From Podarcis filfolensis (lineage: Eukaryota): DNA of 64,000 nucleotides. This document shows positions 58,438 to 64,000 of the stretch, one piece after another. The stretch lies in assembly GCA_964270895.1 (NCBI GenBank), contig OZ185453.1; one strand, 5' to 3'. The notes below the pieces were generated by a model, which saw only the letters and a list, made by a program, of their open reading frames with translations, ran no database searches and was not told the DNA's origin. Position 1 is the first letter of the stretch. Every line of letters begins with the position of its first letter. Made by a program: the position numbers and the translations under genes.

Positions 58438-61400
58438 ATGTCTCTGCAGCTTTTGAGCTGGAACATAAATGGCTGTAACAGTCCCGAAAAAAGGTCTAAA
58501 ATTTTTCATATTTTAAAAAAGGAACAATTGGACATTATATGCTTACAAGAAACACATGTGATTAGGCTCCATAGAAAGGTGTTAATAAATAAAAGGCTTG
58601 GTCAAGAATTTATATCATCGGATACAGTTAAAAAGAGAGGTGTAGTGATCTATGCAAAAGAGAGCCTTTCACCAAAATTTCTCTTTAAAGATGAAAGTGG
58701 AAGAATCCTCGCAATAGAAGTACAGTATCAAGGAGAAAAAATTTTGATATTAGGAATTTATGCTCCAAATGAAGGAAAATCGGATTTTTATAAGAAGTTG
58801 CACGAGACCATGCTGGATTATCTGGATTACAACAACGTCATCATGATGGGGGACATGAACGGGGTCGTATCAACAAATATGGATAAGTCACAGAACCAGA
58901 ACATTACTAAAGAGGGAAGACTACCTAAGACCTTTTTTGAAATGACTGACAATATGGACTGGGTTGACATCTGGAGAGTTAGAAACCCCCTGGGAAGAGA
59001 AGGAACATTCTTTTCTGAAGCTCAACTGACTTGGACACGAATCGACCAAATATGGATAACTAGAAGTCTGGCACCTAAGGTGAGGAAGGTGGAAATCTGC
59101 CCCAAAACATGCTCCGACCATAACGCCTTGAGAATGGATATGACATTGATCCCAATCGGCTCCTTTAGATGGAAGATGAATGATGGCCTGTTTAGAGACC
59201 AAAGAATTGTAAAGAAGGCCCAAAAAACCTTAAAGGACTATTTTGAGATTAATTTGAACACTACGGTGGAAAAAAGAACTATCTGGGATGCAAGTAAAGC
59301 TGTGATGAGAGGGTTCTTGATTCAACAGAATTCCTTAAAGAAAAGACTGCAAAATGAAAAGAAAGATAAAATTCTGGAAAGTATCAAAGAGTTGGAGAAG
59401 AAGTTAAGATCTAACCCGAAGTCCCAACCGATTCTGAGAGAAATTAAACTTTATCAGGCGCAATATTCCAAGCTGATAAATCAGGAAATAGAATGGAAGA
59501 TTAAAACAATGAAACAAAAAACTTTTGAATCGGCAAATAAATGTGGGAAACTGCTAGCTTGGCAGTTGAAAAGGAGACAAAGATTAAATACAGTAACAAA
59601 CTTAGAGGTTGAAGGAAGGAACATTCAGAACCCGGGAGAGATTAGAAAGTGCTTCCAGAGGTATTTTAAAAAGTTATATACTCAAGGGCCACAAGATGAA
59701 ATAGAGATTACACAATTTTTGGAGAGAAATGGATTAGCAAAGCTGTCAGAAGAAAATAGAACAATTTTAAATGGCAAAATAACACGACAAGAGATTGAAC
59801 AGGCCATCCTGAGTCTGAAACAGGGCAAATCACCAGGGCCAGATGGACTGACCTCTAACTACTATAAGACATTGAAGGATTATTTGATACAACCTTTGTT
59901 GGAGGTCAGTAATGAAATAATGGAGGGGAAGAAGGCGCCTGAATCGTGGAAAGAAGCATTTATCACATTGATTCCAAAGTCAGAAACTGAAAAGACACAA
60001 CTCAAGAATTACCGTCCCATCTCCCTTTTAAATGTGGATTACAAAATATTTGCAGATGTTTTGGCACGAAGATTTAAGAAAGTTTTAAGTGAGATAATCC
60101 ATAAAGACCAGGCAGGCTTTCTCCCGGGCAGACATATGTTTACTAACACAAGGAACATCATAGACATATTGGAACTTTTACAAACAAACATAAACACTAA
60201 AGCAGTTTTAATTTTTATAGACGCGGAGAAAGCCTTTGACAACATATCTTGGAAATTTATGAAGGGGAATTTAAAAGAAATGGGAGTGGGACGGGGGTTT
60301 GAGAACGGGATTGAGGCAATATATTCAGAACAAAAGGCTAAACTGATAGTTAACAATGTGGTTACAGAAGAGTTTAAAATTGAAAAAGGTACACGACAAG
60401 GCTGCCCGATTTCCCCATTACTGTTTATTTCGGTTCTGGAAGTGCTCCTGAATATGATTAGGGGGGACCGGTTGGTGGAAGGGATTCAGGTCGGAGCGAA
60501 ACAATATAAACTTAAAGCTTTTGCAGATGACCTAGTTCTGACATTACAGGAGCCGGAGTCTAGTTTGAAAAGAGTACTACAACTGATTCAAAACTTTGGT
60601 CGAGTGGCAGGATTTAAGTTAAATAAGCAAAAAACTAAAGTTTTGGGGAAAAACGTGACAGATATTGAGTTGGAACAGCTTCAGAAAGAGACAGAACTAA
60701 ATGTGGTTAAAAAAGTTAAATACCTAGGGGTAAACATAACAGCAAAAAATCTGAGTTTATTTAAAGATAATTATGAAAAATGTTGGTCAGAGATTAAGAG
60801 AGACTTGGATAGCTGGTCAAGACTAAAACTTTCTTTGTTAGGCCGAATAGCTGCCATCAAGATGAATGTATTGCCAAAAATGTTATTTTTGTTTCAGACA
60901 CTGCAGATTGTAGACAAGACAGAGTGCTTCCGGAAGTGGCAGAAAGATATTTCTAAATTTGTCTGGCAGGGCAAAAAGCCCAGAATCAAATTTAAAATAT
61001 TAACAGATGCGAAAGAAAGAGGGGGCTTTGCCCTGCCAGATTTAAAGTTGTATTATGAAGCTGCAGCTTTCTGCTGGTTAAAAGATTGGTTACTTCTTGA
61101 AGATACGGATGTCTTGGATTTGGAAGGTTTTAATAATGCGTTTGGATGGCACGCATATTTATGGTATGATAAAGCTAAGATAAATAAGGCCTTCAAGAAC
61201 CATATTGTCAGAAAATCAGTTTTTAATGTCTGGACAAAATATAAAGACTTACTGGAGAATAAAACTCCGAGGTGGCTGTCACCCCTGGAGGCTAAGGCTC
61301 GGAAAAGAGCCAATATGGAGGCCAACTGGCCAAAATATTGGGAGATAATAGAAAAGGATGGTGACAACTGGAAATTGCAGAGTTTAGAAAAGATGAGAGA

Positions 61401-62178
61401 CAAAGTGCGAGACTGGTTACACTATGCTCAGATTAAAGAAGTGTTTAAAAATGACAAAAAGCTAGGATTCCAAGTGGAAAAGTCAAAGTTAGAAACTGAA
61501 CTGTTAGAACCTAAGACTAAGGTACTTTCAAGAATGTATAACTTGCTGCTGAAATGGAACACACATGACGAAATGGTAAAATCAACAATGATAAAATGGG
61601 CGCAGGATATTGGGTATAATATTATGTTTGAAGATTGGGAAAGGTTGTGGACCTCTGGGCTGAACTTCACTGCATGTAATGCGTTGAAGGAAAATGTGAT
61701 GAAAATGATGTATAGATGGTACATGACCCCTGTTAAACTGGCTAAAATATACCATTCGTCTGATAGCAAATGTTGGAAATGTAAGGAAAATGAAGGAACA
61801 TTTTTTCACCTCTGGTGGACCTGCCCTAGAGTGAAGGCCTTTTGGGAGAAGATATATAATGAATTAAAAAAGGTGTTTAAATACACCTTTACTAAGAAAT
61901 CAGAGGCCTTTCTCCTGGGTATTGTCGGCCAGAGTGTGTTAAAAAAGGACAGAACATTCTTTTTGTACGCAACAACAGCAGCAAGAATATTAATTGCCAA
62001 GAATTGGAAAACTCAGGAGCTACCCACTGTGGAAGAATGGCAGATGCAACTGATGGACTATATGCAATTAGCCGAGATGACCGGCAGAATTCGAGACCAG
62101 GGAGAAGAAAGGATGGAAGAAGACTGGAGGAAATTTAAGATTTATTTACAAAAATATTGTAATTTGGCTGAGTGCTGA
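58438..62178 (+). CDS. L1 ORF2p (1246 aa; APE endonuclease, reverse transcriptase, CCHC zinc knuckle)
   Basis: EN motifs SWNINGCN, LQETH, GDMN, SDH. RT motifs PGPDG, YRPISLLNVDYKIF, QAGFLPGR, DAEKAFD, GTRQGCPISPLLF, FADD, KYLG. C-terminal CWKC...FHLWWTC. Confidence 0.97.
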   Translation: MSLQLLSWNINGCNSPEKRSKIFHILKKEQLDIICLQETHVIRLHRKVLINKRLGQEFISSDTVKKRGVVIYAKESLSPKFLFKDESGRILAIEVQYQGEKILILGIYAPNEGKSDFYKKLHETMLDYLDYNNVIMMGDMNGVVSTNMDKSQNQNITKEGRLPKTFFEMTDNMDWVDIWRVRNPLGREGTFFSEAQLTWTRIDQIWITRSLAPKVRKVEICPKTCSDHNALRMDMTLIPIGSFRWKMNDGLFRDQRIVKKAQKTLKDYFEINLNTTVEKRTIWDASKAVMRGFLIQQNSLKKRLQNEKKDKILESIKELEKKLRSNPKSQPILREIKLYQAQYSKLINQEIEWKIKTMKQKTFESANKCGKLLAWQLKRRQRLNTVTNLEVEGRNIQNPGEIRKCFQRYFKKLYTQGPQDEIEITQFLERNGLAKLSEENRTILNGKITRQEIEQAILSLKQGKSPGPDGLTSNYYKTLKDYLIQPLLEVSNEIMEGKKAPESWKEAFITLIPKSETEKTQLKNYRPISLLNVDYKIFADVLARRFKKVLSEIIHKDQAGFLPGRHMFTNTRNIIDILELLQTNINTKAVLIFIDAEKAFDNISWKFMKGNLKEMGVGRGFENGIEAIYSEQKAKLIVNNVVTEEFKIEKGTRQGCPISPLLFISVLEVLLNMIRGDRLVEGIQVGAKQYKLKAFADDLVLTLQEPESSLKRVLQLIQNFGRVAGFKLNKQKTKVLGKNVTDIELEQLQKETELNVVKKVKYLGVNITAKNLSLFKDNYEKCWSEIKRDLDSWSRLKLSLLGRIAAIKMNVLPKMLFLFQTLQIVDKTECFRKWQKDISKFVWQGKKPRIKFKILTDAKERGGFALPDLKLYYEAAAFCWLKDWLLLEDTDVLDLEGFNNAFGWHAYLWYDKAKINKAFKNHIVRKSVFNVWTKYKDLLENKTPRWLSPLEAKARKRANMEANWPKYWEIIEKDGDNWKLQSLEKMRDKVRDWLHYAQIKEVFKNDKKLGFQVEKSKLETELLEPKTKVLSRMYNLLLKWNTHDEMVKSTMIKWAQDIGYNIMFEDWERLWTSGLNFTACNALKENVMKMMYRWYMTPVKLAKIYHSSDSKCWKCKENEGTFFHLWWTCPRVKAFWEKIYNELKKVFKYTFTKKSEAFLLGIVGQSVLKKDRTFFLYATTAARILIAKNWKTQELPTVEEWQMQLMDYMQLAEMTGRIRDQGEERMEEDWRKFKIYLQKYCNLAEC

Positions 62179-62453
62179 ATTGGATGCCAGTGCAGACAAT
62201 TGTCTACCATTAAATTAGATTTAAGGCTGAATTATATGTCAAACCAAATTAAGATTATTAATTAAGATGAGTTAAATGATAATTTGTTTGAAATTAATTT
62301 AATAATGATGTAAGTGTATGCGGGAGGTGTGGGGGAGTCCCATGTAACAATTGAGAGATGTTAAATGGACAATGATAAGTGGTGCTTATCTAATATATGC
62401 TTTATTTGAAAACTTCAATAAATATATTATAAAAAAAAAAAAGAGAGAACACC

Positions 62454-63931
62454 TTCTTCTTTAGTGGATAAAAGCAATTAATTTCACGTTTTGGCAGTAT
62501 AAGCGATTTTGCTGGAGGATAAGAGTTAACTTTGAGAGTGGAACTGTCACCCCTCCCCCCAGGACCCGGGAGCGATCCGTGAGAGAGCCTGTTGAAGAGA
62601 CATAGAAGATTTTGACAGCTGTCAAACTAGCTGTCAAAGCTGGGGGAAAAAGAGAGAACTTTGTTTCTGTTGTCTTTGCTGGTTATATTTGTTACATTCA
62701 GGTAATAAATTGTTGAAAACAAAGAGAAAAAGCTAATTTGACTTTTGGATTGGAACTGGAAGGAATACTAAGTAACCAGAACTCCTCTAGAGGGGGTTCT
62801 GGGACATTACAAGAATGGCTGCAAGTGGAAAAATACTGACTGAACTGGAGAGGGTTTTCTTTCTCTTGGGAAAGTTACAAGAACAGAGTAATGTTTTGGA
62901 TACAAATGTCACAACATTGAATGAAACAGTAAATAAACTTACTGAATCTGGAAGGGACTTGACTCAAGTCTTTGCATCTGAACAAAAAGTTTTTGTAGCT
63001 GAACTAAAAATCTTTGCAGCTGAACAAGAAAAGAAATCTGAGAAATTTGAGAAAGTGGGGAAAGAGATATATGATGATTTGGAGGGAAAGGAAGGAGGAG
63101 CTACAATGCCGCAGATGATTAAGGAGAGCCAGAGGCCTGTTAAGATGGATATAAAGGAAAATAAGAACGGGATCATGAAAATCTGGTTTGAATTGAAGAA
63201 TGAGGAATGGAGAGATCTCCTCATGTGGAGATCTGAAGACCTATGGATTACAAAATTGACTAAAGTGGAAGCTGGAGTTTTTGGGACATTTGGACTTAAA
63301 AGAAGTAAGAAACAAGATTTGGGCTACACTTTTAAATATGGAGGTCTGGCTGGAAGAAACATGGACCTTATTGGGACAGAGCTTCTCCGAGATTTGGTGT
63401 CCAATACAAAGGACTATCAAAAAAACCGGCAGAGAGGAATTGAGAGAGAATTAAGAGCCTCGGACGTGAGGTCACCAGGCTGACAGCAGATAGACTGATG
63501 GACATTTGTTGGGGAACCGGGAAACCGGGAAAGGCGGGGAGTGGGGCTTTGGGAATCCAAAGGGTGTACAATTATATTTTGTTTCTTTGTATTCTGTTTT
63601 GCTACTTATATAAAAATGGGGAATTCGTGAAAGGGAATTGGGGTCGACCTTAGAAAAAGATATTAAGAATAAGTACTGACGTATAAAGACTGAGGTTTAT
63701 GTTAAAATTGGTTAACTAAAATGAATTAAATATAATAAGGTAAAATTTGGGGATAAGAACTTGCTGAACTAAAAATTGAACTGGAATACAAGAAGGGGAG
63801 GTGTGGGGAAGTCAGGGAAATATGTTATTGAAAGTAAGGAATGCAAATTCTATGTGTGTGCGTTTTTTTTTAACTTTTCTTTTGTTTTTTCTCTATTTTT
63901 TGAAAATTCCAATAAATATCTTTTAAAAAAA
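62454..63931 (+). mobile_element. 3' part of the L1-related non-autonomous element (rest of 5' UTR, one ORF, 3' UTR, poly-A signal, short A tail)
   Basis: Resumes after the right TSD copy. The 3' end (GGGAGGTGTGGGGAAGTC at 63796-63813, TTGAAAATTCCAATAAATAT, A7) mirrors the inner L1 3' end. No ORF2 motifs are visible and no flanking TSD was found. Confidence 0.7.
62815..63483 (+). CDS. 222-aa ORF1-like coiled-coil protein of the non-autonomous element (no recognisable RRM/CTD)
   Basis: ATG-initiated open frame. LERVFFLLGKLQEQSNVLDTNVTTLNETVNKLT aligns without gaps to inner ORF1p LEKILEKLEALDKKADLHTAKIEQNTESLNKLT (9/33 identical, hydrophobic positions mostly conserved). Confidence 0.6.
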   Translation: MAASGKILTELERVFFLLGKLQEQSNVLDTNVTTLNETVNKLTESGRDLTQVFASEQKVFVAELKIFAAEQEKKSEKFEKVGKEIYDDLEGKEGGATMPQMIKESQRPVKMDIKENKNGIMKIWFELKNEEWRDLLMWRSEDLWITKLTKVEAGVFGTFGLKRSKKQDLGYTFKYGGLAGRNMDLIGTELLRDLVSNTKDYQKNRQRGIERELRASDVRSPG

Positions 63932-64000
63932 TAATAATACAACATTCTAAAATCATTTCATTAAAAAATTAATTCAAATCAAATTGATGGCAACCATTGG

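Larger units (their letters stand above)
56339..62442 (+). mobile_element. Full-length, apparently intact LINE-1 (L1 clade) retrotransposon, 6104 bp
   Basis: CpG-rich 5' end starting GGACTTCCGG, two long uninterrupted ORFs, AATAAA at 62417-62422 and A12 tail at 62431-62442. Perfect TSD GAGAGAACACC at 56328-56338 and 62443-62453. The target TT|GAGA fits the loose L1 endonuclease YY|RRRR preference. Confidence 0.97.

Noticed and set aside
57837-62000. Minus-strand ORFs within L1 ORF1/ORF2
   Set aside because: Antisense shadows of A-rich coding sequence with no motifs.
55850-64000. Target-site duplication for the outer L1-derived element
   Set aside because: The sequence left of 55874 (..ccatattgagcgacct) does not reappear after the A tail at 63925-63931. 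The TSD is absent, decayed, or the true end lies elsewhere.

Overview
Vertebrate genomic DNA, most likely a lacertid-type lizard (inferred from Sauria SINEs and the squamate MITE/L2/CR1 repertoire). The only host gene I can support is an EphB-class receptor on the minus strand. It most resembles chicken EphB5/Cek9, which I recall being treated as the sauropsid EPHB6 orthologue. Four coding exons are present (55265-55343, 44440-44504, 42042-42738, 223-378), all with canonical splice sites and matching phases. They give 332 codons: signal peptide, ligand-binding domain and cysteine-rich region. The rest of the gene lies left of the window and its first exon probably lies right of it. Most of the window is intron filled with TE relics. 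The most interesting part is 55874-63931. An apparently intact 6.1 kb L1 (ORF1 344 aa, ORF2 1246 aa, poly-A, perfect 11-bp TSD) sits inside a ~1.9 kb L1-derived element with no ORF2 that encodes only a coiled-coil ORF1-like protein. The two elements have divergent 5' ends that share compensatorily covarying hairpins, a splice donor at exactly +328 and matching 3' motifs. All homology calls come from motif recognition and memory; no database searches were run.
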